Shown: piece after piece, positions 24,239 through 39,335 of the stretch | Position numbering within the stretch: position 1 is the stretch's first letter | How the letters are laid out: each line of letters opens with the position of its first letter | DNA from: the human T2T-CHM13v2.0 reference genome, Homo sapiens | Strand: one strand, 5' to 3' | DNA: 64,000 nucleotides | Assembly (NCBI RefSeq): GCF_009914755.1 | Contig: NC_060930.1 | Translations under genes and position numbers: made by a program | The notes under the pieces: generated by a model | The model's database searches: none | Seen by the model: the letters and a program-made list of their open reading frames with translations, nothing else | Told to the model about the DNA's origin: nothing

Positions 24239-27200
24239 TCTAGATCAGCCACCTCTAATGTGGAATGTATGTACCTAGAGAAAAATCCAAGATGGGCTAC
24301 AAAAAAGTAGTGGAACTTTATATTATTGACTTATTTTAATATTTCTCCTTGTTTTATGATATGTGTATAAATATTACTATGGTAGTCTTTGGAATGCAAT
24401 AACTAAATATTAAAAAATAGATGGTATTCAAAAAAATTTTTTACTGTTTTTTTTACTAGTCTTACTATTAAAATTAGAGCCAGGTTATATATATGAAGAG
24501 ACTGTTCTCAGTCCTTTTAGATGGGCTTTGATAGTATTTTGCTAATTGAATTACAACAAATTTTATTGGCTGATTATTTCGATGTAGTAGAAGCTTCAAC
24601 ATGCTAATTCATGAAAGTATCAGTCTGCACTTAAATGGTACAGTTGTAGGATTCATTGTGGCATAAGTTGATGTGATGTGTGTGGGTTATTCTCTTACCT
24701 CTACTGGTATTTTCCTCATTGAGGTGTGAGTTATGGAGAGGAGGAATTAGAAAATTTGGAGGTGTCAGAAAAGACATCAAATGGGCTATGTGTTGAGCTG
24801 GAGTTTGTTAGCAAATATGGGGAGTCATTCTCATATGTATACATGAATTTTCCCACTGTGATGGTTGGTTCCTATGTTCCCTATTTGAACATATTTGAAC
24901 ATATGTCCCCTATTTGAACATAATTCAGATACAAGCAAGCAACCTTGTTTGCCATTTATATTTATTAAAATTAGATTCTGCATGCATTTGTATGTCGAGA
25001 TCTGTGAACTTCATATTACAGCTAGAGAAAGCTGTACTTGTTTCAGAGTCAATAAGAAAGCTCTCCTGACTGGCCATCATCCAAAGCTTTATTTTTTCGT
25101 TCCACTTTTTCTCGCCGTTATATTTAGTCTTCATACTTAGAAACATCCATTTGTAACAGTCCTTAAAACCATCAGTGCTTCTGGAATGGAAATTCAGTGA
25201 GGGCCAGGCTGTGTCTGTCTTGCTTATGCTCTGTGATGTGATACTCTACAGTCAAACCATAGTCCCAGAATAAAGGATTTTTAAGGGATGGTGAGTGATC
25301 TGCTCTGGTGGAGCAAATTAGAATCCTGCGAGCTAGGATTATTTCTAGAAAGCCTGCCAGATTACTTAAATATTGTCTACCACCCTGCTCCAGTTGGCAG
25401 TTATAGCTTTAATGACATTCTTAACCCAATTTTGTTTGAAGCCATGGCTAAATTCTATCTGGATTCTTACACGGTTCCATTTGTTTCTTTTAGTTTACTC
25501 ATCCAGGTCATTATTTTTTTCTGCCTAGAAGTTTGTAACTGCCATTTTCCCAGGACCATTTCAGATTCAAAGCCGGGGATTTTAGTCATGGGAGAGGCAC
25601 TGATGTTAATGTCACAGGTCTGAGAGGATGAAACATGGCCTTGGCAGCTTGCTCATCTGAAGCACAGAGATGGAGGAAGCAACATTCTGTCTGTGTGGGA
25701 ACCCATCACCACACGTGAGACATGGTTTTAGAAGGTCCAGGTATGGTGACAGGGCAGTGCCTTGGTCATTGTTCTGTCACCAAGAGCCCCTACTACTGTC
25801 CTCACCCCTCTGATTTGCCTAGGATCTGCTCTTCTTCAGACATAGGCCCCGTGTTAGGACACTGTGCCCCTTATATCATGTGATCTGTAGCCACAGGAAC
25901 TGAAGGATGGAGAGGCATGTGCATCGTCCTGTCCTGGGGCTGCTTTATCAGTTATCCAGCCTGCTGTTCTCTTTTCATTGTGGACTTGGCTTCCTATTTC
26001 TATATATCTTGCTACTGCACTAAAACCCGTAAGATCTATATAGGTGCTTCATGGTAATTTGTAAGCAATTTGAATGTTGTGATAATGTTTTCTTATTTAT
26101 TTACTATGGTTCTATCAGAACTGAATCTAGGACCAGTCCCTCTGTTGTTGCTGAATAAGCATTCAGGAATAAGGATGACAGTGATCATGCTAGATCTAGC
26201 CAGTTAGTCTCTGGAGAACAGTAATTAGGAAGTACTTGGAAAAATGCCCACTCCAGTTGTTATTTGTAAAATGTCCAGTTGGCATTTTATTTAAGTATAT
26301 TCTTTCAATTTGTTCTGTTTTAGGTTATCAGTAGGCCAAAAAAAGGCATAGATTGAAAATTTGTTGTAAATTTCTCATGGGATTTCTCGAAGGTCTGTGA
26401 GCTGACATGTTAAAAAATTTAATTACACTGTAATTTGGAGTGGTAGGGAATTATGAAGGTAGAGGTACTTACTGGTGCCAAGAAGAAGAAAATATATAGC
26501 TTTAACTACATCGATTTCTCTTGTTCCTGACAGATTTTTAAGAGGAGCTAATCCCATCAATTCTTTGAAGACTCAATGACATGCATCATTGAGCTTCAAC
26601 TTGGCTCACAAGAGTCCAGGCAACAGATTCATGCTTTTTTGTGTTGTCATATTTCTTACTGATCAGGGTGACATTCTTGAGTGTGATACTATCAGGAAAG
26701 AGTTCTGAGTGTGGATTATGTTTGCCAAGGTTGTCCTAAGGACACTGCTGTCATTTTTTCCTAATCAAAGCTCCATTTTTTTTTTTTTTTTAATTCCTGG
26801 TCTCATTTATAAAAGCATTGCTGTTTGGAGAGTGGAATCAGATGTGAACAGCATTGGCTTCTGTTTTCATTCCTGAATTTCTCGAAATAGTTCTGTAGAA
26901 GAATGGTCCTCAACCTGGGTGACATGAACTCTGTGGGGTGAACAAGATGATGATATGTTGGGGATGTGACGTTAATAGTAGAACTTGATTTTTGTCTATT
27001 TTTTTCTCATTCATTTTATTTATGCATGTGTGTATGTTTTGTGCTGAGCTTAATATGTTAGTGCTGTAGTACATGTATATGATTTATAGATTAACACATT
27101 TTTTAGAGGGGAGGATATGCAAAATTCTTTGCTGTTGGGGATGAATGATCAAAAAATATAGAGACCACTCATTTAGGCCTCTAGGAATGTCCTCATCTGG

Positions 27201-28110
27201 GAACTGTTTTAGGTATTTACATCCTTCCCAGAGTTGGTGAGTGGTTCCGCTAATAATTTAATAATATACAAGACATGTCTCTATATAAGTTAGGATAGCA
27301 GGAGGGAATAGCTAATTTGTGACATTCTTAACTTTTTAAAGCACTCCAACTCTCATATTCAAAGTAGATGGAATGGAGAAAAGTCTCAATTATTCCCAGA
27401 AAGGCTATCGAATGAATATGTCAGGAAATGATAATGCTAGGCTCTGAGTTTTACCAGCCGTTCCACGAGAGTGCATAATCCATTGTGTGCATGCATGGAG
27501 CATGAAGAGTGGCAGGGCTGTGCATTCTTGCATTAAAACACCTCCTTTGAGCCTTTAAATGTTTATAAGATTTGTGAGAGGGAAATCTTCACTCCTGTGG
27601 TAGGTGGATATACTAAGAATAATCATGATGTTGTTCATTGAATTACTGCTCTCTCTATTTGTGCTTTTCTCACATTGCAGGTTGTAGGGCTTGCTAGATG
27701 TCCTTCACATCCATGAATTATTTTTGTTCTTTAACACTTTCCTGGTATACTTAACACTGTCTATTTAAAAGTCACAGTGTTTTTAAAATTTCAGAGAGAT
27801 GGCAGGCAGGGGAAAGGGAGTAAGGAGGGAAATTAGTACTGATAATAATAACTAGGAAAATTAAATTCTTATAGTCATACAGATCAGAAAGATGGTATCA
27901 GAACTAGGTAATCTAGGTTTAATAGGTTATCTAGAATGTAGAGTAGCGAAGAATTTGGCAAGAGATCTAGACTCTCAATCCCTTGTCAACTTCTTTGTTT
28001 TTGCATTTTAACTTTGTATTATAAAATAGCCCCCACATATTAGCAGTTTATTTTTGATGTTCAGAAAAAAAGAGGGCTGTACAATTGTGACTTCAGAATA
28101 CATCTTAATG

Positions 28111-28301
28111 CTCCACTAAAAATACAAAAAATTAGCTGGGCGTGGTGGCACGTCGCCTGTAGCCCCAGCTCCTTGGGAGCCTGAGGCAGGAGAATTGCTT
28201 GAATCGGGTGGCGAGGTTGCAGTGAGCTGAGATCCACCACTGCACTCCAGCCTGGGTGACAGAGCGAGACTCTGTCTCAAAAAAAAAAAAAAAAAAAAAA
28301 A
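28111..28301 (+). mobile_element. 5'-truncated Alu (right arm) with long polyA
   Basis: ctaaaaatacaaaaaattagctggg ... gactctgtctc followed by polyA. Confidence 0.92.
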
Positions 28302-28469
28302 GCTTTAAAATCAGAAGCCAAATGATTGGTTAATTGTGATGGAAGGGATTTTCAGTCCTTTGATCTGAAAACCTGTGGATATACCATCCTGGTATATCCT
28401 CTGTAGAGTATACCTCTGTAGAGTATGAAGATTCTTTTGATGGTATGGAAGGCAAGTTAGTCATTGGTG

Positions 28470-28715
28470 AGATGACAGCACAGTGGTTAAGACACGGGAT
28501 CATGAGTCACACTGGCTGGGTTTGAACCCTGGCTCTGCCTCAGCTAGCCTTGTAACCTTGCATATTTCAAACTTCCCTGTGCCTTTGGAATGTTCATCTG
28601 AAAATGGGGTTAATAATTATACCTCTCTTCTGGGGTAATTATGAAGACTGTATGGATAAATATATTTAAAGCGCTTTGTGTTAGTACATAAAAATGTTAT
28701 AAATGCTTGCTATTT
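28470..28715 (+). mobile_element. MIR
   Basis: gcacagtggttaaga...ctgggtttgaaccctggctctgcc...catctgaaaatgggg. Confidence 0.75.
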
Positions 28716-29002
28716 TCATATGCTTAAAGGTCTTCCTTTTTTTTAAATGAACAATTATCTAACATGACAAGTTTTCTTAATTGAAAAGAAAAATAAAGTT
28801 AGAAAATCCTTATGTTACAGAAAATTTTGGATTTCCTGAGACTAGTTCATGGATTTTTTTCTGTGATGCTCTTATTTTATCAGTTTTATGATGGCTTTTT
28901 CTTCTGGAAAGATATAAGAGAAAAACTTGATTCTTTAGAGTTTTAAGGGAAGGTTTCGATTATTCTGAAGTGTCAACTGACATAGAAATAAGGATCCCAA
29001 CT

Positions 29003-29005
29003 TTT

Positions 29006-29073
<68 letters not shown>

Positions 29074-29357
29074 TTTTTTTTTTTTAAGACAGGGTCTTGC
29101 TGTATTACCCAGCCTTGACCTCCTGGGCTTAGTTGATCCTCCCACTTCATTCTCAGTAGCTGGGACTACAGGCATGTACCACCATGCCTGGCTGATTTTT
29201 ATATTTTTAATGTTTTACATTTTATTTATGATTTATTTGTAAAGATGGGATTTCACCATGTTGCCCAGCTGGTCATGAACTCCTGGGCAAAAGCTATCCA
29301 CCTGCCTCAGCTTCCCAAGGTGCTGGGATTACAGGTGTGAGTCACCATACCTGACCT
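29003..29357 (-). mobile_element. Alu (AluJ-like) whose tail has become a (TTTC)n microsatellite (29003-29072)
   Basis: TSD ggatcccaac at 28992-29001 and 29358-29367. Confidence 0.9.
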
Positions 29358-30479
29358 GGATCCCAACATTTTTTATACTCCCCAACCAGTGATTAGACTA
29401 ATAACAAAACCAAAAAAACTCTATGTGTAGTAAATTTACATCAGGAAAAAGGTTAGTGAATATTAACTGTCTCATATCTCTTCAGTGTTGTGTAAGAAAT
29501 GATTGTGCCACGTGGCTCTAAAAGATGTTAATACTGGATCCTTCTCCTCAAGGTTTGTAGTCTTAAGATGTTTTTGCTACCATTTTAAGGAAATGGTAGA
29601 AGTAATGTTTGGAAATGTACAGGAGAATGCAATGTTGCCATGTTGCCAGGACTCATGAGAGGGTTCCCTCAACTGTTACAACTCCTTTTAAGGCTGACTT
29701 TACTTTTCAGATCAAAGGTTACATCATAATTAGGAGTTTCTTAGGATGTCAAAGCAAAACACAGTGGGGGATGTACAATAAATGTCATGGACTGGTGATG
29801 GTAAAAAGCTGTTACCACTTCCAACTAAGAGAAATCAGTTAATATGACAATGGCTGATGTTTGGAAACCTTTCCCCTTATGTCAATTAATTGCATGAGCA
29901 CTTAGTGAAAACACGAGGAAGGATCTGTCCTGCCATAAACTCCACCAGGGAAAATCAGGTAGTCCTTTGCAGTGAGTTGGTATCAGCACAGCAGTAGGGA
30001 GGCCCATGCAAATGTCAAATTAAATATTTATTCATGATCTGCTTATGTGCTCACTTATTACTGTGTCCTAAGAAAGCCATCCAGGAAAATGAACTCTCAG
30101 AAATGAGATTAGTTACATACTGTCTTGTGTATTTTGTATTTTCTGTTAAAATGAGACCTCATCAGAGTCTTGATTATTACTGGTTCCATAATTTTTTTAT
30201 TATATGCAAACTTGTTTGTCCCATGCAGGCCTGAGTCTCCCTGATCCTTGGTCTGCATGTTTGTTCTGGCTGTCATGGTGGCTTGATGCCCAGAAAGTAA
30301 TGAATTCTAGGGGTCCTGAATGTCACTCTACACTAGACCTTGCTTCTTACATAAAGCGTTTGCTGAAGTACTTCCTAGGCACTTGGTCTTACACTGTAAG
30401 CTCCTCATTCTCAGCATATTGCAGCCAGGCTGAGAGGTATTAAGGATCTAAGAAATTGAGGTTTTACATGTTGGTATGT

Positions 30480-32030
30480 GTAGCTATAATTTATTAACTT
30501 CTGTTTCTCTTTCATATTCTAATGTATGAACATTCCATAATTTATCCATTCTAGTGAATGTTGGTCAGACATTTTGGTTAGTGTATTGTCTGTTATCTGT
30601 AATGCTGCTAAGGCCATCCTTGTACTTGTCTCCTTAGAGAAAAGTATGCAGATGTGTACTAGGATGGAAATCATTGTAAATTTAACCACTTATGTCCACC
30701 ATTTAACACAAGAAATAGGCTACTGCCTCTCCTTAAAAGACTTACATGTATCAATTTTCAATCACCGTTCCCTCCTTCTCCGCTTGCCCCACCTGGTTAT
30801 AATAATGATCCCAGTAATCTTTGTGTTCCTTTATAGTTTTATCACAAAAGTATGCCTATTTTGATTGGCATTGCATTACATCTCTAAATCAATTTGGAAA
30901 AAACTACTATTTTGCATTGGCCCTTGTTCTAGCCTCTGAACCCACCTTCTGCCTTAGACTCCTTCCATATCTCTGATACATCATGTCTACATTGTAGAGA
31001 CTGTTACCTTGCCTCTGATACCTCCCACTGATATTGCAGAAATTAACTTTCTGAAACATTTCTGTTCGAAAGTTTTCTACGACTACCTTGCGTGCATGAA
31101 GTCATGCCTCCTAAGTGTAGCTTTCAAGCCTCATTTCTAAGTGCTAAGTGTTCTGGTTATCTATTGCTATGTAACAAAGCCCCTCAAACTTAATGGCCAC
31201 AGCAAGAACAGTCAGGAGTCACAATGAAGAGTTCCTCATTCACGTGTTTGGTGCTTGATGCTGGCTGGCTGCTGCAAGGCAGCACTGGGTTCCATGGGTG
31301 AGCTTTCCATGAGAGAGAGCTGGGTAGAAACTGTATTAATATTACCTCTTCTAATCTAGCCTTGACAGTCCTGTAGTTTGAAGGACATCTGTGTTGTTTT
31401 TAGTTTCTGGTAATTATGAACATAGCTCTTAAAAATAAATAATTATCTACATTTTTATGTGAACATAAATTTTGATTTTTCTTGGGGAATTTCCTAGAAA
31501 TGGGATTGCTGGATCAGATGTCAAGTATCTGTTAAACCTAATAAGATGCTGTCAAACTGTTTTCCCCATTGAGTGTATCATTTTGCATCCTCATTGGCTC
31601 CATTTGAGAGTTCCAGTTGCTCTGGGTCCTTATTAGCAATTGGTATTGTCAGGTTTTTTTAAATTTATTTTTTCTCTTTTTTAAACCGTGCATCTCTTTT
31701 TGGTTTTTCCCTAATGCATTTTTCTAATGCTACTAATTGTGAGCATCCTTTCATGTGCTTATTTGCTATACATATATCTTATTTAGTGAAGTGTCTGTTT
31801 AGATCTTTTGCTCATTTAAAAAAATGGGGTGATTGTTTTTTATTTTTGATAGTTCTTTATGCATTTTGGATACAATTCCTTTTTCAGAAATGGGATTTGT
31901 AAATATTTTCTGTCAGCATGTGGCTTATCTTTTTCTTCTCTTGACATCTTTTGTAGAGCAAAAGTTTTTAATTTTGAATAAAGTCCAGTTTATCGATTTT
32001 TTTATTTTTGTATTTTGCTTTTCGAAGATC
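30480..32030 (-). mobile_element. Old L1M fragments with an intervening MaLR (MLT)-like piece around 31150-31375
   Basis: cctagaaatgggattgctggatca, gagcatcctttcatgtgcttatttgc (L1M antisense); ttatctattgctatgtaacaaa (MLT-like). Confidence 0.6.
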
Positions 32031-33603
32031 TAAAAACTCTTAGACTAAGCCATACCTTACTCTGTTGCCTGTTTCTTCTGCTTATAATATGTGTCTCATC
32101 CCACTCCCTCATCTCTGAGGGCTCAGTAACATCCTCTTTCTCAACTTGGTTGTCTTGATTAGCACCCCTTTTATATGCACACATAGTATTTTGTATTCCC
32201 CCTACCTCACTAGGGCTTGTTTCACTGTGTTATAGCTGCTTTTCCTTCCTGAGTCTCCTGCTAGGCTGTGCCAGGCCATCAGGGCAGGGACCATTTTCTA
32301 TGTTCATTTTTGCATCAGGCCCAGTGATTCATGCATGATGGCGGCATTTGTTGAACATAAGAATGAATGGAATTGCTGGATATGCTCAGGTTCCCCATGC
32401 CGTTGTACGTGCTATTCCTAATTTCTTAAAATACTCTTTCTCCCTGGCTGGTTGGTTTCCTTCTGATCTTTTAAGCCGGTGAGCCATTCCCCATTTACTT
32501 CAGGCCGAATTACTTGCTGTCCTGCTGTGCTCTTAGGGCTTTTTGTTTGTTTGTTTTTTAACATTTTCCCTATTCAGCAAGTCTCTCGTCTTTCGTTGTA
32601 TTACAGATAGTTGAGAAGGGGTTTTTCTTTACCAGTGAAGTGCGATAGAGGAATAAGAGCTACACTTCTTTTTCATCTCTTAGCTCTCAGAGCCTAATAA
32701 CCCTGCCTAGTACTAAGGACTAAATAAATATCTGCTGAATATGATATGTCATTGTCTCCTTCTAATTGTTTTTTTAACATAAGAAGCCTAGGCATTAACA
32801 CAATTTAGAGAAACATGGTAGGCAAACCATGCCAATATGCTTAGTCTCCATCCTCCTCATGAATAACTTTTTCTAGAGCAAAAGTTTGTTTATATCATCC
32901 ATGGAAGATTTAATCTTGTAAAACAGATTATGAATATGAATCATAGAACAATTTAAAAACATAATAATTTTGTTAGAAGACATTAATATCACCTTGAATG
33001 CTAACAAGGTATCCTTATGACATTTGGCTATATTTCTTTCTTTTTTTAAGAAAAGTCTATATTTGTTAGCATTTATATCTTTTTTTATATGTAGATTTTA
33101 TTAATCCCAATTATATATTATATCACACAGATGTTCACTTTAGAATGCTGTATACCTTAAAAATTTAATATTGAACCATAAGCATTTTTGGTGTTGAGTA
33201 TTGTGGTATGTAGAGATGATGCTGTTTTACTCACTGCATTCATGATTCCGTAGAGTGATGTGCCTTCAGTTCCTGAAAATGACTTCATCTATGACAAAAG
33301 CCAGTTATACTTCAAATCAGATCATGGGACAGAACAGAATACACAAAAAGTGGTTCTGAAGTGTGGTCACTCCTTGACATTAAATCCACAAAAAAGATGA
33401 GACTGCTTTGCCATCATTCTGAATGTTGAAATATACAAGAGAACGCTCAGCGTGGGCTTTGGGGACTCTGTAATAAGATGGAATTCACCCTTAGAGAAGC
33501 TACAACCTGTAATTAGGCAATAGGAAGAGATACAGGAACTTGTTCTGAGCACAGAGCATGTGGTCAATGGAGGGGGACGAAGAGAGGGAAGACCATAAAA
33601 TAA

Positions 33604-33926
<323 letters not shown>

Positions 33927-35046
33927 AGTTGTTCTCCTTTTTAATCTAAAACTTAAAAAAAATTTTAAACTTAGGCAAAGTTAGTAAAGAGGCTTGTCAG
34001 TAGAAAACCTGGCATGTGGAAACACATGACTGAGCCTGCCTATTTCTCTGGATTTTTTTTTCTACTACCTGTGGGCACTCATCTCATCTTTTTAAAGCAT
34101 GTCTATTGAAACTGCACACATGTGGTGCTTCAGAGCCAGGGTTCTGACTGTAGTTCTGTCCCTTTGGCCTAGTTTCAGTTTATTTTCTGAACATCTATTC
34201 CTTCATCTGTAAGATGTAAACAACAGTGACTCCTGGGGTTGTTTTGAGATTTAAATGAACTGGTATATGTAGAGTGCCAAGCACAGGGCCGGGCCACCCA
34301 GAGCTATGAGATAATATTGATTCTCAGACTTCTTTCCACCTTCTGCCTTTCTCTTCTATTTCAGTAAAAATCTGAGTATCTGCTACTTGTCCTGCACTGA
34401 GCATAAAACTGATATGACCTCACTAAAGCTAAAAAACTGAAGTAGACAAAGGCTTGGTTTTCAAAGAATTGAATAATTGGGGGTGGTAGGGGACTGATGC
34501 TTAAAGCAACAAACTATAATATAAGATAGAATAAATAAATGCTAAAAAGGGAGGTGGGGTTTGACCAGGAGAGGACTTAAGGAGGTGAGGATGTGTAATA
34601 GTGGCATTTAAGGACACATAGTTTTTCATAACTGAACAGAGCAGTAAAAGATTATTCTGAATGTGAAATTGCACATCATGTTAGATGAGTAACAAGTTGT
34701 CAGCTTTTTGTCTTGAGCATGGGATGAGTTGTGGGAGCTTAGGCTGCAAAATTGGAATGGAGGCAGAACTGTCATGCAGATAGCTTCACTACATGGTCAA
34801 AGAGCTGATATGAAGCCTAAGACAAAAATGCACCTGGGCTATCTTATGGATGCAGTCACTGCTAAGAACTAAAGCAAAAAAAAAAAAAAAAAAAAAGACC
34901 AAATGGTTGCAAAATGCTTGCTAAGCATTGGGAATCCATCCAGTGCCACTTACTGTCAGGGTAGGCAGTACCTTGCTTGCAATATGAACTCCTCTGACTA
35001 GAGAATACTATATGAGATAATTGATGGTTAAAGAGTTTATGAAGGA

Positions 35047-35336
35047 GGCCAGGCACTGTGTCTTATGCCTGTAATCTCAGCACTTTGGGTGGGGGCCAAG
35101 GTGGTTGAGTTTCTTTGAGCCCAAGAGTTTGAGACTAGCCTGGGGAACATGGGGAAACCCCATCCATACAAAAATTAGCCAGGCATGGTGGCGCGTGCCT
35201 GTAGTCCCAGCTACTTGGGAGGCTGAGGTGGGAGAATCACTTGAGTTTCGGAAGTCAAGGCTGCAGTCAGCCATGATCACGTCACTGCACTCCACCTTGG
35301 GTGACAAAGTGGGACCCTGTCTCAAAAAAAAAAAAA
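35047..35336 (+). mobile_element. Alu (AluJ-like)
   Basis: full dimer; tttatgaagga on both flanks. Confidence 0.92.
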
Positions 35337-35676
35337 GATTTTATGAAGGAGAGATCTAAAGAAATAAGACTTGTTATTGGTATGGACTTAGAGGTAGGAT
35401 TTCTCTCAGAGCAAGGAGGTTTTTCAAGCAAATTCTGATACCAACCTCTTTCCTTTGGAAGTAGGAAACAGAGTCCCTAGAGACAATTTACTTCAACTTT
35501 TGGGAACTTTGAAGATCAGTCTTTGAGAACTTAGTTGTTGTCTAGTGGCCAACTAGATGTTGTGTTTCTGAATAATAGAAATTAACAGGTGAACTTGGAT
35601 GTCATGGATTAAAAATTAAGTGTCAGTGTAGCTACTGTAGGAGCACTTTCATGTACTTTGTTGTTTCTGCTTCCAG

Positions 35677-35752
35677 GGACCTAATACCTATCATTGCTGC
35701 TCTGGAATATAATCAGTGGTTCACAAAACTGTCCTCTAAGGATCTAAAACTG
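35677..35752 (+). CDS. CARMIL1: CARMIL1 coding exon (probably exon 9), [25 protein letters not shown]
   Basis: cttccag acceptor, CTG|gtaagt donor, 76 nt; embedded in ORF 35651..35911. Confidence 0.96.
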
Positions 35753-38700
35753 GTAAGTAATCAAACATGCAGCAAATGTTGCTTGGCTTTGCTGAATTTC
35801 AAAAACCCAATAATTGTGGGAAAAAAACAATTTTTTTACTGTACTAGTAAGCTGTATACATTTTATTTCTTGAGGAGGTATTTTCCTTTAAATGATTTGC
35901 GTAACATTTAGTCAAATTTGTAATGTGAGATGCTTCCAAGTATTTCCTCATGTATTCAGCTGTTTCGGGCAATTTAAGAAGATGAACAAAAAGATACATT
36001 TAGTGTAGCCTTTAGTATAAAGTCATTCAGTTGGCAAAAACTGTTAAAGTTACATTTGCACAGCTGCAAATAGCAGATTTTATATTCCTATCTTACACTC
36101 TGTCTCTACAAAGTTTCCCTTCCTAGGAATTTAGGAAAACATTAACAGGTAGAGTTCCCCTGGTCGAGTAATGATAGTTAATGTTGATTTTCTAGATGGG
36201 GTTTTGGGTAGATTTATATGAAAGCAAAATGAAATTAAAGTGAAATCTGTTTTCATAAGATATGAAGGAGAAAAATATTTGGTATATTTTATTAGTGGAA
36301 ATAAGATGCTGTGTTGGGGTTGCTGCCAGTTCATATCAGTCATATGGACAGATGCTTATACATAAATTAACTCTCTGGTGTTTGTTATGGGATAAGAAAG
36401 AATTTATATGTTTTCCTGGAGACTCTCACGTTTAAGCCTCTAACTTTCAGAGGTCATAGAATCTGGGGGTTTAAGATTTTCATAGTGAATACATCAGACT
36501 TGGAATGAGACGTGGATCTGTAGGACATGGAGGGTTGAGACTGGCTAGTGGGCAGGCGACTTGGTTCTCTGAATTTGCCTGGGGTAGGGGTGGCCTAAAA
36601 CATTATAAGTATGAAAATGGACTAAACTCATTTGGGGTCCCTTAAGAGCCAATATGGTAGAGGAAAATGCATGAACTTGGAATAAGAAACCTGGATTTCA
36701 GATTTTAATTTTTATTACAAGGCTGTGGTACCTTAGATAACTTACCTGACCTTCCAGGGCCTCAGCTTCCTGCACACCTGTTATTGTGAGCTAGTTGGAA
36801 CCATTTCTTATTCATCTCTACCCAGTGCTTATGAGAGTGTGTGGCTCATAGTAACTATTTAATAAAAATTGGTTTAATAAGTAGATGTCTAATAAGTTAT
36901 CAAAGAGATTGAGAAATGAACAAATATGAGAGTATGAATTATGTGAACTATATAATTCAAACGAGTTGTGTCTGAGAAGTGATGATGGAGTGAGAGTTGG
37001 CATGAGTTGGATCCAGGTGAGCTCTCAGGGAGCAGACAGGTAGCCATTATGGGAGACCTAAGAATAGAAGTCCCTTGTTTGCTGCTTGCTGGGATGGGAC
37101 CATTTCCAGGACTGAGCCAGCAAAGAGTACAGGTGGGAAAGAGGAGCCACTGGAGGAATGAGAAGGAGATTAGTCCAGGGATTGTGGGAACAGAGAGAAC
37201 AATGGTTTGCTACCATGTCAGTTTTTCTGGCTCATTCAAACATTTACATAAGCTTGTGAATTTCAAAATGGGGCCTCAAGAGGGTTTCAAGAAGGTTGTG
37301 GATATCTCACTTTTGGAGAGTGTCCCAACCTGCAATTACAGGAAGGTGTCCAGGCAATTGCTGCTGCCATTCTGTCATTATTCCTCCCAGGTATCATCTC
37401 CTTTCAGCTGCCTTAGATGTTTAGGACATAAAATATGTACCTAATCATTTCAGTCCTGGCAAAACAAACCATGTAAGTGCTAGTATGCTTTCTTGGGTGT
37501 CCTGGGATGGAAGGAAGTGGAGTGACAGGATGTGAGGGCTGCTCATGCCACTTTTCTGTTAACTGAGATTTAAACACAAAAATACAGTTTGCATATATTT
37601 TTAATATTTGGTATTTTAAAATGAAGTGATCTTTGTGGATATTACTCTACAGGTCTTCAAAAAGAATACTAAATTCTTGATGTTTTTTACCCAAAGTTAA
37701 AAAGAAATGATACTTCCCCTTTTGATTGGTACTGAAGTGGGCAGTCTCAGAGCACTGTCTAACATTGGGTTTATTCAAAGAAAAGGACAATGTGAAGAAG
37801 CACATCTTTGGATTTTGTAAACATGAAGTGCAAGGGCAAAAATAAGTGGCTGCTTCTCAAGTTATATGAGCTCTCTGGGTTAAGATTGTTCCTAGTCCAA
37901 TAAAAGCCTCCTGTGCTAAGGTGCCACAGGAAAAATATGACTTTATGTTGATCTTATGAAGCAAATTAGCAATCACTATTTCTAATTTGAGTCAAGGATT
38001 TTTAAAAAAAAAAAATGGTACCGAATATGCAATTAGGACCATGTTTTTGGCCAACATTCTTGATTCATTAAAAAAAACAGCAGAATTGGGGTCTTGCTCA
38101 GCTTCTTCTGTTTTGCAATTCAGGCAAATTGGTGAGCATCTTTTTTTAGTCTTTAGGGAATGACATGCTGGCACCAGATAATGTATACGGTTTCTTTCAG
38201 TTCTAAAGTTCCATTTTTTAAAAATTATTTTACTTTGCAATAGTTCATTTATTACTCTATAGTGATTCTAGTTTTTGTTGTTTACATTCCATTTTTAACT
38301 GAGTGCAAGCTCCTGGAGAGCCACTGTATCCAGTTTTTAAAAAATTTCCTAAACTGATGCACGTAGTGCTGCACATGCTGTAGACATTTGGATAACACTA
38401 TTGGAATTATCACATTATACTTAGTAGCTAGGTTTGAGTGTGTCTCCCTTTAAAAGTTTCATTTCCTTATATTCATCCCTGTAGAAAATGATGCTTTTAA
38501 TGTACTTGGCACTCAATAAAAATTAGTAGAATTAATTTAATCATGAATGATTTGTTACACGTCTCCCCTACTGGCATTTTAAAGAAAAGTTGGAGACACT
38601 TTCATACATTTTCCTTAATAAATTTGTATTACAGTATTTATACCCCAATGAGCTATAAATCTTCAAAGCATTATGGTAAATTACTTTTCCGGGTGCACTG

Positions 38701-39335
38701 CAAGGTAGCCCAGAAATGGTAATGATCCCAAGAATTATTTCTGGTTATTAGGATAATCGCTGCAAAAACATTATCTAAGTAATCACTTTTTATCATGACA
38801 ACACAGAATAAGACCAATTCCTTTGTATGTACATTGTGAGATAAAGAATTATACTGATAAGGGTGTCACCATTTTGAATATCATCACTGTCAGCATAATG
38901 TAAATAGTAGGCATCAGGTCAATTGGAATTAATTTTTCTCTTTCCTCCTAAATCAGTGGGACACATTAGAAACCCAGCAATAGTGTAAAAGTGGCATTAT
39001 AGACAGAATGGAATCAAACAGCAAATAAGAATTATGAGAGCCTTACATGCTGTGGTACTTGGGGTGTATCCAAGTTAGGTTTTCTTAAAAATACTTGGCT
39101 AGAGAACTTGTGCCACATTCAGACTGTGTTCCAATTATGGTTAATCCAGTTGGGTATTTGTGATCTGATAAGTCAAAGTACTGTAATATTTTTATGTGCT
39201 ATTTTAAGAAAAGAAAGTGCTTTGATATTATATGCTATGGCACATAGAACATGCCTTCTTTCTCTCACTCTTTTTTCTAAATATCATGAAGTATTTAATA
39301 CAGCCTAGGTTGCAAGGAGAATTTTAAAATCACTT

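Noticed and set aside
26890-27170. Possible old hAT/MER fragment (similar candidates near 1730-1950, 47350-47520 and 51040-51230)
   Set aside because: Too diverged to name or bound reliably by eye; needs RepeatMasker.
33213-33362. Box C-like and CTGA motifs suggesting a snoRNA
   Set aside because: Box C is imperfect, and I see no terminal stem or recognisable rRNA-complementary guide.
37007-37444. 145-aa ORF on + strand
   Set aside because: Starts at TTG, no recognisable domain, no supporting exon structure; consistent with chance.
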